A DNA stretch of 64,000 nucleotides, from NCBI GenBank assembly GCA_009775125.1, contig VSPD01000005.1, positions 6,071-70,070 on the forward strand, written 5' to 3'. A model generated the notes under the pieces. The model had not been told where the DNA came from, did not search any database, and saw only the letters and a program-made list of their open reading frames with translations. This document shows, piece after piece, positions 38,454 through 48,190 of this stretch (the first letter of the stretch is position 1; every line of letters begins with the position of its first letter). The translations under genes and the position numbers were made by a program. The DNA comes from Muribaculaceae bacterium. GTDB taxonomy: Bacteria > Bacteroidota > Bacteroidia > Bacteroidales > Muribaculaceae.

Positions 38454-40241
38454 ATGAAAAAGTCAAAATTCATATATGCGTTAGCCATCTCATTGGCCGC
38501 CTTGTGCTCGTGCGACGACCTTGACGAGTTTCCCAAGGACAAGGTAAGTCCTGAGAGCTACTTCAAGTCGGAAACCGAGCTCGAGCTCTACACCAACCAA
38601 TTTTACTCTCTTATGCCCTCGGTGTCGACCTCCTTCAACTACTATCTTGAAGAAGGAGAGCACATCGTGATACCCACCCCGAGCCGCGAGATACTTGGCG
38701 CGCGCACTATCCCCACCAAGGCCTCGGAAGTGGGCTGGACATGGACGACACTGCGCAAAATCAACTATTTCCTGCAAAACTCCTACCGCTGCGACAACAA
38801 GGATGTACGCCTCCGCTACGAGGGCGTGGCCTATTTCTTCCGCGCATATTTCTATTACAATATGCTCACAAAATTCGGCGAGGTGCCCTGGTACGACCAG
38901 CCCTTGGGCTCCGACCAGGAAGATTTGCTGAAAAAGCCCCGCGACAGCCGCGATGTGATAATAGGACATATTATTGCCGACTGCGACTCGGCGTTCAAGT
39001 ATCTGCCCACAGCCCATAATTACGCCACGGTGAATGCCTGGACTGCTCTTGCTCTGAAATCGCGCGCCTGCCTGTTTGAGGGCACGTTCCGCAAATACCA
39101 TGCCGGCGATGCGTTCAACCCCTCGTCGCTCGAATGGAAGGAAATTCTCAAAAAAGGAGCCGAGGCTTCGCTCAAACTTATGGACGAAGGCGGCTACAAG
39201 CTCTATACAGAAGGCTCCGAGCCTTACCGCGACCTTTTCGCTTCACTCGAGATACGCGAGGACGAGATGATATGGGTGCGTCTGATGTCGGAACAGAGCG
39301 CCATCAAAAACAACGCCAACGGCTGGGCCAACACCCGAGCTGTGGGATTCACCAAACGTTTTGTCAACCTCTACCTCAACTCCGACGGCTCGCGATTTAC
39401 CGACCGCCCCGGATACGAGACCATGACTTATGCCGACGAGTGCAAGGACCGCGACCCGCGCATGGCGCAGACCGTGTATTGCCCCGGCTATATCCAGCGC
39501 GGCGAGACACGCACCTATGCCACCGACCTGGCAAAATGCCCCACAGGCTACAAATATATCAAATATGTGATGGAGGCAAAATATAACGTGTGGGATGCCT
39601 CGCTCGTGCCCCTTCCAATCTTCCGCCTCGGCGAGATTTATCTCAACTATGCCGAATGTCTTGCAGAACTTGGAACCCTCACCCAGGCCGACCTCGACAT
39701 AAGCGTAAACAAACTCCGCGACCGCGTGGGCATGCCTCACCTCAAACTTGCCGATGCCAACGCCAACCCCGATCCCGTGCTCCTTTCGGCCGAGACAGGC
39801 TATCCCAACGTGAGCAAGGACGGCAACACGGGCGTGATTCTTGAAATACGCCGCGAGCGCATGGTGGAGATGCCACTCGAAGGCGTGCATTACAACGACA
39901 TCTTGCGCTGGCGCGAAGGCCAGGCCTACACCAAGCCTTTCTACGGGCAATATTTTCCGGGCGAAGGCAAATACGACCTCACCGGCGACGGCCGTGCCAA
40001 CGTGTGCCTCTATACCGACAAGAAACCGGGCGGCCTCGGCCTCACATTCCTGAAAATAGGCACCGACATCGAGCTTTCGGAAGGCGACAAAGGCTACATG
40101 ATAGTCCACGGCGACGAAGCCTTGCAGCGCGTGTGGAACGAAGGCCGCGACTATCTCTACGCCATCCCCATAAACGAACGCCTTCTCACCGGCGGCGCGC
40201 TCACCCAAAATCCCGGCTGGAAAGACGGCCTCAACTTCTAA
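38454..40241 (+). CDS. SusD/RagB-family nutrient-binding lipoprotein
   Basis: Lipobox ALCSC. 595 aa with a TPR-like SusD core (AYFFRAYFYYNMLTKFGEVPWY; NYAECLAELG). It is immediately downstream of susC. Confidence 0.92.
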   Translation: MKKSKFIYALAISLAALCSCDDLDEFPKDKVSPESYFKSETELELYTNQFYSLMPSVSTSFNYYLEEGEHIVIPTPSREILGARTIPTKASEVGWTWTTLRKINYFLQNSYRCDNKDVRLRYEGVAYFFRAYFYYNMLTKFGEVPWYDQPLGSDQEDLLKKPRDSRDVIIGHIIADCDSAFKYLPTAHNYATVNAWTALALKSRACLFEGTFRKYHAGDAFNPSSLEWKEILKKGAEASLKLMDEGGYKLYTEGSEPYRDLFASLEIREDEMIWVRLMSEQSAIKNNANGWANTRAVGFTKRFVNLYLNSDGSRFTDRPGYETMTYADECKDRDPRMAQTVYCPGYIQRGETRTYATDLAKCPTGYKYIKYVMEAKYNVWDASLVPLPIFRLGEIYLNYAECLAELGTLTQADLDISVNKLRDRVGMPHLKLADANANPDPVLLSAETGYPNVSKDGNTGVILEIRRERMVEMPLEGVHYNDILRWREGQAYTKPFYGQYFPGEGKYDLTGDGRANVCLYTDKKPGGLGLTFLKIGTDIELSEGDKGYMIVHGDEALQRVWNEGRDYLYAIPINERLLTGGALTQNPGWKDGLNF

Positions 40242-40361
40242 AAAATCCCGATCGATTTATCTCGATTTAATTCGATATAAATCGAGATAAATCGATTGGA
40301 TTAAATCGAAATAAATCGAAATAAATCGAAATCTAACCTTTTATTAACCAATTCATTTTTT

Positions 40362-41969
40362 ATGAAAAAAATTACCTTAACCTTGTCTGCGGCAGCCATG
40401 CTCTGCGCAGTCAACGCTAATGCCGAAACCTACTTCTTCAGCCCCGAAGGAGCCGGCGACCAGGACGGAACAAACTGGGAAAACGCAGCCCCCGGCGAAT
40501 ACCTCGGCTCTACTATCGCCGGCCTCCAGGAAGGCGACGAAGTGTATATGATGGCAGGCAACTACCGCCCCGACATCAACATGGGCTACTGGAACATCCC
40601 CACCAACGGCGTTAAAATCTGCGGCGGCTATCCCGCCTCAATGACCGGCACCGACACCGCCATGCCCGCATGGGGCGATTACTCGGTATGGGATGCCGAC
40701 ATCGACGGCGACGGCAAGGCCGACAACGGCGGCAAGCCATTCGTATATGTCGGCTGTGGCTATGAATATGTCAACGATCGCGACAACATAGCCGATCCCG
40801 GAGCTTCCGAATGCAAGCAGCTTCCCTTGATACTCCTCTCGGGCATCAAAATATGCAATGCCGACGGCACCGGCCAATACAAAGGCGCAGCCATGATTAT
40901 CTCTCGCGCCAACGTAGAACTCGGCCATGTGGCTATCGAGAATTGCCGCATGACCGAAACCAAAGGCGGCATCATCGTGATACAGGGCGGCAAATCCTAC
41001 ATCCACGATTTCACAATGCGCAACTGCGAATCGTTCGGCGCCGGCATGGGCATACAGTACCGCCAGTACGACGGCAATTCCGCAGCAGCCAACACCCACC
41101 TCGGAGGCACCCACATCCTCGAACGTGCCGAATTTACCGACGTTGACTCCCGCCTCAACCCCGACAAGGGCAACAAAGACGGCGCCAACTATGGCGGCAC
41201 ACTCGCCCTCTCCGACGGCGGCGGCGAGCTCTACATGGTGAACTGCACTATCTCCGGCTCGCACATCTGGGTGGCCGGCGGCGGCATCCGTGTAGGCGGC
41301 AACGCTTCGTTCTACAACATCCACAACACTTGGTACGACTGCACCACCGACTACACAGGCCGCGCACAGGGCAAAATCCTGTCGATCGGCACAGCCGGCA
41401 AATTTTACACCGCCAACTCCGTGGTTGTGAACAAAGCCGCCGACGAGCTCAACGGCAAGGACCTTTTCAATTTCGGCATGATTCAGATTCAAACCAACAC
41501 CTGCACATTTGCTACCGGCGGCTACAACGTACTCGGCTCTACATCAAACAACACCGAGACTCCGTTTGCCTCCACCGACAAAGTGGGCGAGAACAACACC
41601 ATCGAATCTGTATTCGGCTCTAACGCCCGCACCGAAATCGACGGCTACAACGTGCGCCTGCCCCAGGAATCTTTCGCCGGCACTCCCCTGGCCGACATCA
41701 CCAAACTGAAATCGGAATGGAACCTCCCCGAGTGTCTCGACCTCGCTGTCGATATCCGTGGCAACAAACGCGCCGACATCACCTATCCCGGCGCTTACGA
41801 TCCCAAAGCCGGCGCCACCCAGAGCATCACCGACATAAATAAAGTCGAAGAAGAAGAAACAGTGCTCGGCATCTACGACATGACAGGCCGCGCCGTATCT
41901 TCCAACGCAGCTCCCGGTCTCTACATCATCCGCACCAACCTTGGCGCACGCAAGGTACTCGTGAAATAA
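40362..41969 (+). CDS. Secreted right-handed beta-helix-like protein with T9SS C-terminal sorting domain
   Basis: Signal peptide present. The sequence has Gly/Asn/Thr-rich repeats. The last ~70 aa (VLGIYDMTGRAVSSNAAPGLYIIRTNLGARKVLVK) match the T9SS CTD pattern. Confidence 0.7.
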   Translation: MKKITLTLSAAAMLCAVNANAETYFFSPEGAGDQDGTNWENAAPGEYLGSTIAGLQEGDEVYMMAGNYRPDINMGYWNIPTNGVKICGGYPASMTGTDTAMPAWGDYSVWDADIDGDGKADNGGKPFVYVGCGYEYVNDRDNIADPGASECKQLPLILLSGIKICNADGTGQYKGAAMIISRANVELGHVAIENCRMTETKGGIIVIQGGKSYIHDFTMRNCESFGAGMGIQYRQYDGNSAAANTHLGGTHILERAEFTDVDSRLNPDKGNKDGANYGGTLALSDGGGELYMVNCTISGSHIWVAGGGIRVGGNASFYNIHNTWYDCTTDYTGRAQGKILSIGTAGKFYTANSVVVNKAADELNGKDLFNFGMIQIQTNTCTFATGGYNVLGSTSNNTETPFASTDKVGENNTIESVFGSNARTEIDGYNVRLPQESFAGTPLADITKLKSEWNLPECLDLAVDIRGNKRADITYPGAYDPKAGATQSITDINKVEEEETVLGIYDMTGRAVSSNAAPGLYIIRTNLGARKVLVK

Positions 41970-41986
41970 ATTCTCATAACCAGCAG

Positions 41987-42033
41987 AAAGTTGTCGGCCG
42001 TAGGGCCCGTGCTTTACAGCCGGCAACTTTTTT
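41987..42033 (+). terminator. Putative intrinsic terminator
   Basis: AAAGTTGTCGGC...GCCGGCAACTTT stem (one G-U position) followed by TTTTT, 18 nt after the stop of the 535-aa gene. Confidence 0.5.
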
Positions 42034-42061
42034 ATTCCAATCAGTACAAAACAAAACACTG

Positions 42062-44497
42062 ATGAAGTTTAAATTCAAAGCATTTATTGCCTCGGCGCTC
42101 GCCGCCCTCGCTCTCAGCGCGCAAGCAGAAGACAAGCCATTGCACAATTTCGCCACATTCAACGTGCGCTACACAAACTCAGCCGACGATACAGACGCCA
42201 ACGGCCGCAGCTGGGCAGTGCGCGGCGAATATGTGATGCGCCTTATCCGCGACTACGATTTCGATGTGGTGGGCATGCAGGAAGTGACCGGACGAAACGG
42301 CAAATATTGCATCAACCCCAACACCGGCCGTTCGCAACTCGAAGACATGCAGGCCACCCTCAACGAATATTCCTTCCTTTGCTACGAACGCTCAGGCGAC
42401 AACAATTCCAAGGACTATTCCTACAACGTGATTGCCTACAAGAAAGACAAATACACCGTGCTCGACGACGGATGCTTCTGGCTGCGCCCCACCCCCGACA
42501 GCCCCGGCACCGGTTGGGACACCGACCCCGGTTATGCCGGACTGTGGCGCACATGCGGCTGGGCCAGGATGAAGGACAACGAGACGGGACGCGAATTTGT
42601 GTTTGCCGTGACCCACGTGAACTATGGCCCGAGCCTCGACGGCAAGAACAGCGGAATCGTCGTGTCGGACCGTCTTGGGAAAATAGCCGGCACACTGCCC
42701 GTGATACTCGTGGGCGACTTCAATATGCGGCGCACCGACCATGAGGAAGCCTACCGCAACTATGCCTGCGCTTTTGCCGACGCCGCGCTCACTGCCAAGG
42801 AAAGCATGTGCATCCCCGAAGAAAACGGTCAGGTGGCGTTCACGTCCAACAATTGGCTACCCGCTACCGACAGCGGATGCTCCGGCTCGGAATTCGACTT
42901 TGTTTTCTATCGCCGCATGACCGTGGAGCACCGCTACGTGATAACCGAGAACTATGGCCGAGGCGTGAATCCGTCAGACCACTTCCCCACCCTGGTGCAA
43001 TGTACCCTCGACGATACAACCGACCAAGCGTCGACATCGGCATATGTCGACGCCTCGGCCGAGGCCGGGGGCGACGGCTCTGCTTCCGCACCTTTCCGCA
43101 CCATCTCCGAGGCTGTGGCCGCAAGCTCCTTAGGAGGCACCATATTCGTGACCGAAGGCACTTACCATGAATCAATCACCGCGCCGTTCACCTTGACGCT
43201 GCTTGGCGGCTACGAGAGCACATTTTCATCCGTGACAGGAAAAACGACCCTCCGCGGATCGGTAAAAGTGCCGAATTATTACAGCCTTAGCCTTGGCGAC
43301 TTCGCTTTCGAGGACGCCAACGAAGGCGCGGTACAGTTCAACGGATCGGCACTTGCCATCGACAACTGCTCGTTCACAGGCTGCGCCGCCGCATATGGCG
43401 CGGCCGTGAACGCCACATGCCACACCGCGCAATTCTCCAACTGCACGTTCTCCGGCAACACGGCCACAAACTTTGGAGGCGCGGTATATGTCAACGCCTT
43501 CGCCGATGTCGATGTCGCCGACTGCTATTTTTCGGGCAACAATGCCAAGAGCGGCGGCGGACTATATGTAAAGAATTGCGACGCGGCACTTATCTACGGC
43601 TCTACATTTGCCGAAAACAGCGTCACGGCATCGGGCGGAGGCATCTGCTTCGAGAAATGCGCGTCGGCCAATTATTACAACCTCGTAAACTGCACATTCG
43701 CTTCCAACCGTCTTGCGGGCAAGTCGGCCCTCGCCGCCGTGGTTAAAGCCTACGGAGGCTCGGCGGTGAGCGCGTCGCTCGGCGACAATGCGCGATTCAA
43801 CATGGCCCACTGCACCATCGCGGGCAATGACGCCACATTTGCCGGAAGCAACAAATCGAACTTCCTCGCCGCAGCCGTCAATATCTACGGCGGCTCCTAC
43901 TGCCTGATGAACAATATCATAGCCGGCAACGCCTCGGAGGCCGAATATGCCGACGCCGCAGTCGACAAGTCGGAACTGGCAAAAGAATCCAACAATATCT
44001 ATTCTACTTATATAGCTACCAATATCGAGCTGTCGGCAAAGACAACATATGCCGCCGATGCCGCGACCGCCGCCGCAAATCTTGCCGCGATGCTCGACGG
44101 CACAGCCATGGACGCAAAATTCACGCCAAATCTCGCATACAACGGCGGCCCGACGCCGACAATAAAGGTGCGTTCCGGCCTCTTTGGCGACAAGGCCGTG
44201 AACACGCTCATCAATTTCGACCGTATCCTCAAATCGTCGTTCGGCTGCGAAGTGCCCGGCCTCGAAGGCGTGGGCTATCTCACCGTCGACCAGCGCGGCG
44301 AGAAGCGTCTGGCCAAGTCGATGCCCGGAGCCGTAGAGTTGAGCGAATCATCGGCATTGACCGACATCGGCACTGATGCCGAAGCCGATGGCCCCGCCCG
44401 CTATTACACCATCGACGGCATATCGACCGCTCGTCCCACAACCGGACTGTACATACGCCACACACCAAAAGGCTCCTCGAAAATATTCATCAAATAA
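42062..44497 (+). CDS. Endonuclease/exonuclease/phosphatase (EEP) domain fused to beta-helix (Pmp-like) repeats and a T9SS CTD
   Basis: The N-terminal ~300 aa are EEP-like (FATFNVRY...VVGMQEV...HVNYG...LVGDFN...SDHFP). They are followed by repeated GGAVY/GGGLY/GGGICF beta-helix motifs. The C-terminus is RYYTIDGISTARPTTGLYIRHTPKGSSKIFIK. Confidence 0.75.
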   Translation: MKFKFKAFIASALAALALSAQAEDKPLHNFATFNVRYTNSADDTDANGRSWAVRGEYVMRLIRDYDFDVVGMQEVTGRNGKYCINPNTGRSQLEDMQATLNEYSFLCYERSGDNNSKDYSYNVIAYKKDKYTVLDDGCFWLRPTPDSPGTGWDTDPGYAGLWRTCGWARMKDNETGREFVFAVTHVNYGPSLDGKNSGIVVSDRLGKIAGTLPVILVGDFNMRRTDHEEAYRNYACAFADAALTAKESMCIPEENGQVAFTSNNWLPATDSGCSGSEFDFVFYRRMTVEHRYVITENYGRGVNPSDHFPTLVQCTLDDTTDQASTSAYVDASAEAGGDGSASAPFRTISEAVAASSLGGTIFVTEGTYHESITAPFTLTLLGGYESTFSSVTGKTTLRGSVKVPNYYSLSLGDFAFEDANEGAVQFNGSALAIDNCSFTGCAAAYGAAVNATCHTAQFSNCTFSGNTATNFGGAVYVNAFADVDVADCYFSGNNAKSGGGLYVKNCDAALIYGSTFAENSVTASGGGICFEKCASANYYNLVNCTFASNRLAGKSALAAVVKAYGGSAVSASLGDNARFNMAHCTIAGNDATFAGSNKSNFLAAAVNIYGGSYCLMNNIIAGNASEAEYADAAVDKSELAKESNNIYSTYIATNIELSAKTTYAADAATAAANLAAMLDGTAMDAKFTPNLAYNGGPTPTIKVRSGLFGDKAVNTLINFDRILKSSFGCEVPGLEGVGYLTVDQRGEKRLAKSMPGAVELSESSALTDIGTDAEADGPARYYTIDGISTARPTTGLYIRHTPKGSSKIFIK

Positions 44498-44543
44498 ACC
44501 GATTTTCATATTTCACACCAATACACATTATAATACATTTAGT

Positions 44544-45965
44544 ATGACTCGCGCAGAATTTCTCAAGATAATGGGGCTTGGCATAGCATCGGCGGCCGTG
44601 GCACCTTCCGCGTTGGCCCGTGCAGAAAAAGTGGCCGACGAAGCAACCTCGGCAGAAGCCTCAAAACGCATACTCGGCAACAAGGCCATCGACCTCAAAG
44701 CCAAAGTACCGCAGGCCGTGACGGTGCTTATCCTCGGCGCGGGTCAGCGCGGCGACGTATATGCAAGTTATGCCGAACAGTACCCCGACTGCATGAAAGT
44801 GGTGGGAGTGGCCGACATCAACCCCGGCCGCTTGAAAAAGATGTCGGACACGCACAATGTGCCCGCCGACTGCCGGTTCTCCGACTGGAAAGACGCTTTG
44901 GCCCGCCCCAAATTTGCCGACGCCGTGGTAATAGCCCTTCCCGACAACATGCACTACGAGCCTGCCATGAAAGCTCTCGACATGGGCTATCATATGTTGC
45001 TTGAAAAGCCCGTGGCGCCCACCGAAGCGGAATGTGTGGCTATCCGCGACCGCGCCAACGAAAAAGGCGCAATCGTGGGCGTGTGCCATGTGCTGCGCTA
45101 CGCCCCCTATTTCGTGGCATTGAAAAACGTGATAGATTCGGGCATGATAGGCCAACTGGTGTCTGTACAACATTTCGAACCAATCCAGTATGCCCACATG
45201 GCCCACTCCTATGTGCGCGGCAACTGGCACAACTCGAAAAACTGCACGCCTATAATACTTGCCAAATCGTGCCACGACCTCGATATAATCCGCTGGCTTG
45301 TCGACTCGCCATGCAAGTCGGTGGCGGCCTACGGCGACCTCACGTTCTTCACCCCTGCCAACCGCCCCGAAGGCGCGACCGCCCGATGCACCGACGGCTG
45401 CCCTCACGAATCAAAATGCCCCTACTCGGCAATCGACATCTACTGCAACAAAAACCAGCACACCTATGTGTTCGACGACCTGCCGGCATCGGGCGAAGAA
45501 CGCCGCCGCGAGCTCCTTCGCCGGCTCGCCACCACCGACTATGGCCGCTGCGTCTTTGCCATGGACAATGACCAATGCGACCACTATGTGATGTCGATGG
45601 AATTTGACAACGGCGTCACAGCCTCATTTGCCATGGAAGCCTTCTTTGCCAAGGGCGGCCGACGCACACGCCTGATGGGCACGCACGGCTCGGTAGAGGG
45701 CGACATGAAAACATTTACCATAACCGACTTCCGCACCGGCGAAAAGACCAACTGGGATTCGCGCCATGTGAAGGAAGTGGCGAAATACGCGGCCCACGGC
45801 CACGGCGGCGGCGACCTTAGCCTTGCCCGCGACTTTGTGAACGCCGTCGGCAACAACGACACTTCATATCTCACCTCGTCGATCGACGTGTCTATCGAAA
45901 GTCACCTCATGGGCTTCAAGGCCGAGGAAAGCCGCCTCAAAGATAAGAAAATAGCCATTTCATAA
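44544..45965 (+). CDS. Gfo/Idh/MocA-family NAD(P)-dependent oxidoreductase with Tat-like leader
   Basis: ATG at 44544. MTRAEFLKIMGLGIASAAVAPSALA is a degenerate twin-arginine type leader. Rossmann motif ILGAGQRGDVY, and EKP motif (LLEKPVA). Confidence 0.8.
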   Translation: MTRAEFLKIMGLGIASAAVAPSALARAEKVADEATSAEASKRILGNKAIDLKAKVPQAVTVLILGAGQRGDVYASYAEQYPDCMKVVGVADINPGRLKKMSDTHNVPADCRFSDWKDALARPKFADAVVIALPDNMHYEPAMKALDMGYHMLLEKPVAPTEAECVAIRDRANEKGAIVGVCHVLRYAPYFVALKNVIDSGMIGQLVSVQHFEPIQYAHMAHSYVRGNWHNSKNCTPIILAKSCHDLDIIRWLVDSPCKSVAAYGDLTFFTPANRPEGATARCTDGCPHESKCPYSAIDIYCNKNQHTYVFDDLPASGEERRRELLRRLATTDYGRCVFAMDNDQCDHYVMSMEFDNGVTASFAMEAFFAKGGRRTRLMGTHGSVEGDMKTFTITDFRTGEKTNWDSRHVKEVAKYAAHGHGGGDLSLARDFVNAVGNNDTSYLTSSIDVSIESHLMGFKAEESRLKDKKIAIS

Positions 45966-46137
45966 CCAAATTGATTTCCCGATTGATAAAACCTTGTCTT
46001 AATATACTTTGGGAAAATGATGTTATAGGATAAGGATAGATTTTTTAGGTTTTTATACGGAAGCAGCCGGCGGACAATACGGTCCGCCGGGTCGCTCTCC
46101 ATAGATTTTCAACACTTTTACCGAACCAATCAAAGCA

Positions 46138-48189
46138 ATGAAAAAACTTATCACAGCCATCTTGCTTTCCTCCTCCCTCGGCATGCAAGGACAAGATCCG
46201 TGGCTGATTTCGGTCGACAATCCCCACAAAAGCGAGTATTTCGGCGTGACGGTGGCCAACGGACAGACGGGTGTGTTCTCGTCGGCGCGTCCGCTGAAAG
46301 TGGAGCGCATAATCCTCGGCGGCCTCTACGATATTTACGGACGCGGACGCGTATCCAATTTCGTCCACGGAATCAACATGCTCGACATGGAGATGAAACT
46401 CGACGGCGCAACCGTAGGCCGGGGCAATATCGACAACTTCCGCCAGACTCTCGACATGCGCAACGCCGAATTCCGCTCGGAGTTCGACGTCCCGGGCAAA
46501 GCCCGGGTGGAGCAGCGTACCATGGCCTTGCGCCAGCTGCCATTCTGCGTGCTAACCGAGGTGACCGTAACGCCCGAGCGCGACATGACGATGAATGTGG
46601 AAAACATCGTCTCGGCCGACGAATCGCTTAAAAATCCCATGGAATATTTCGGCGAGGTGAAAAACCCGCCTTACACATATAATATATGCACCACCGTGGC
46701 GCAAACTCCCACACGAGGCATCCTCACGGGAGCCTCGTCGATAATAATGCCCGACGAAAGCTATCCGTTGCCGAAAATCGGCCATGCCTCGACACGCGAC
46801 TATAACAACCACTCGCAGAATTTCGCCGTAGAACTTAAAAAAGGGCATCCATATACATTCCACATCATCGGGGCCACTTTGAGCGAAGCAACGCATCATG
46901 ACATACGCAACGCCGTGGAACGTCTTGCTTTCGTAGCCGCCGTGGAGACACCCGGGCGGCTTATCAAACGCCACCGCGACCTTTGGGACGACCTTTGGGA
47001 AAGCGACATCATAATCGAAGGCGACGCCCAAAGCCAACAGGATGTGCACAACATGATCTATCACATGTATTCGTTTATCCGCGAGAACTCGGGGCTGTCG
47101 ATGTCGCCGATGGGCCTGTCGGGATTCGGCTACAACGGCCACATCTTCTGGGATGCCGAGACATGGGTCTATCCTGCCCTGCTCATGCTCCGCCCCGAGC
47201 TTGCCAAGTCGATGCTCGACTATCGCTACGACCGCCTTGCCGAAGCCAAGACAAATGCCTACACCTACGGCTACGAGGGCGCGCTCTACCCCTGGGAAAG
47301 TTCGGGCCTCGGCAACGAGGACACTCCGGCGCACAATCTCTACGGAGCGTTGGAGGTGCATATCTCGGCCGACATTGCCATAGCCGCATGGCAATATTTC
47401 CAAGTGACAGGCGACCGCGATTGGCTCGCCGAACGTGGCTGGCCTATTATCAAGGAGACAGCCGACTTCTGGACGTCGCGCGTGGAACCCAACGACCGTG
47501 GAGGCTACTCGCTTGTGAATGTAATCGGCGCCGACGAATGGAACGTGAATCCCGGAGGCGGCAAGAACGTAATCGACAATGCCTACACTATCGGAGCCGC
47601 AAAGACAAACCTCGGCATAGCCGAGAAAGCCGCAAAGATTTTGGGCAAAACCGCCAACCCCGACTGGGTGAAGGTGAACGACGGCCTCGAACTGCTGAAA
47701 ATGGACGACGTGGCTCCGGGCCTCATCCGCGAGCACTCGACCTACCGCGGCGAAAAGACAAAACAGGCCGACGTGAGCCTGCTCGCCTATCCGCTCGGCA
47801 TACTCACCGACACGGAGCAGATTCGCTCCAACCTCGAATATTATCTGGCCACAGTGCCGCGCAAACGCACCCCGGCCATGTCGAAATCCGTTTATTCAAT
47901 CCTATACTCGCGGCTTGGCCGGCCCGACAAAGCATGGGAATATTTTGTCGATTCTTATGTTCCCAACCTCAATCCGCCTTTCCGTGTGATTGCCGAGTTC
48001 GACGGCGGCACAAATCCTTACTTCATCACCGGAGCGGGCGGCACTCTGCAATCGGTGATAATGGGATTCGGCGGGCTGCGGTTCACCGACAAGGGCATTG
48101 TCGGCGATAAAAGTGCCGTACCAAGCCAATGGACGGGGCTCACAATCAAAGGTGTTGGCCCACAACGCAAAAATTTCAAAATTAAATAA
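46138..48189 (+). CDS. Secreted glycoside hydrolase family 65-like enzyme
   Basis: Signal peptide present. The central block NGHIFWDAETWVYPALLMLRPELAKSMLDYRYDRLAEAKTNAYTYGYEGALYPWESSG parallels the GH65 (alpha/alpha)6 catalytic-domain signature. Confidence 0.75.
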   Translation: MKKLITAILLSSSLGMQGQDPWLISVDNPHKSEYFGVTVANGQTGVFSSARPLKVERIILGGLYDIYGRGRVSNFVHGINMLDMEMKLDGATVGRGNIDNFRQTLDMRNAEFRSEFDVPGKARVEQRTMALRQLPFCVLTEVTVTPERDMTMNVENIVSADESLKNPMEYFGEVKNPPYTYNICTTVAQTPTRGILTGASSIIMPDESYPLPKIGHASTRDYNNHSQNFAVELKKGHPYTFHIIGATLSEATHHDIRNAVERLAFVAAVETPGRLIKRHRDLWDDLWESDIIIEGDAQSQQDVHNMIYHMYSFIRENSGLSMSPMGLSGFGYNGHIFWDAETWVYPALLMLRPELAKSMLDYRYDRLAEAKTNAYTYGYEGALYPWESSGLGNEDTPAHNLYGALEVHISADIAIAAWQYFQVTGDRDWLAERGWPIIKETADFWTSRVEPNDRGGYSLVNVIGADEWNVNPGGGKNVIDNAYTIGAAKTNLGIAEKAAKILGKTANPDWVKVNDGLELLKMDDVAPGLIREHSTYRGEKTKQADVSLLAYPLGILTDTEQIRSNLEYYLATVPRKRTPAMSKSVYSILYSRLGRPDKAWEYFVDSYVPNLNPPFRVIAEFDGGTNPYFITGAGGTLQSVIMGFGGLRFTDKGIVGDKSAVPSQWTGLTIKGVGPQRKNFKIK

Positions 48190-48190
48190 A

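Noticed and set aside
40305-40336. Three tandem AAATCGAAAT units considered as a VNTR or binding-site array for a regulator
   Set aside because: There are only three copies, the run is AT-rich, and it lies inside a leader that follows the same G-poor word-stutter style as many other leaders here. There is no evidence for a specific operator. It is kept only as part of the leader observation.
44376-44543. N-terminal extensions of several track ORFs: 44376 for the oxidoreductase, 48098 for GDPD-SGNH, 50799 for YdjC, 51956 for the ligase, 34325 for the lipoprotein, 25642 for MurU, 11661 for cstA, 13105 for the PHP phosphatase, 56390 for CotH
   Set aside because: The extensions overlap upstream genes or repeats, or use non-ATG starts. 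Internal ATGs give canonical signal peptides, lipoboxes or family N-termini, often with ATGA/TAATG coupling to the preceding gene.
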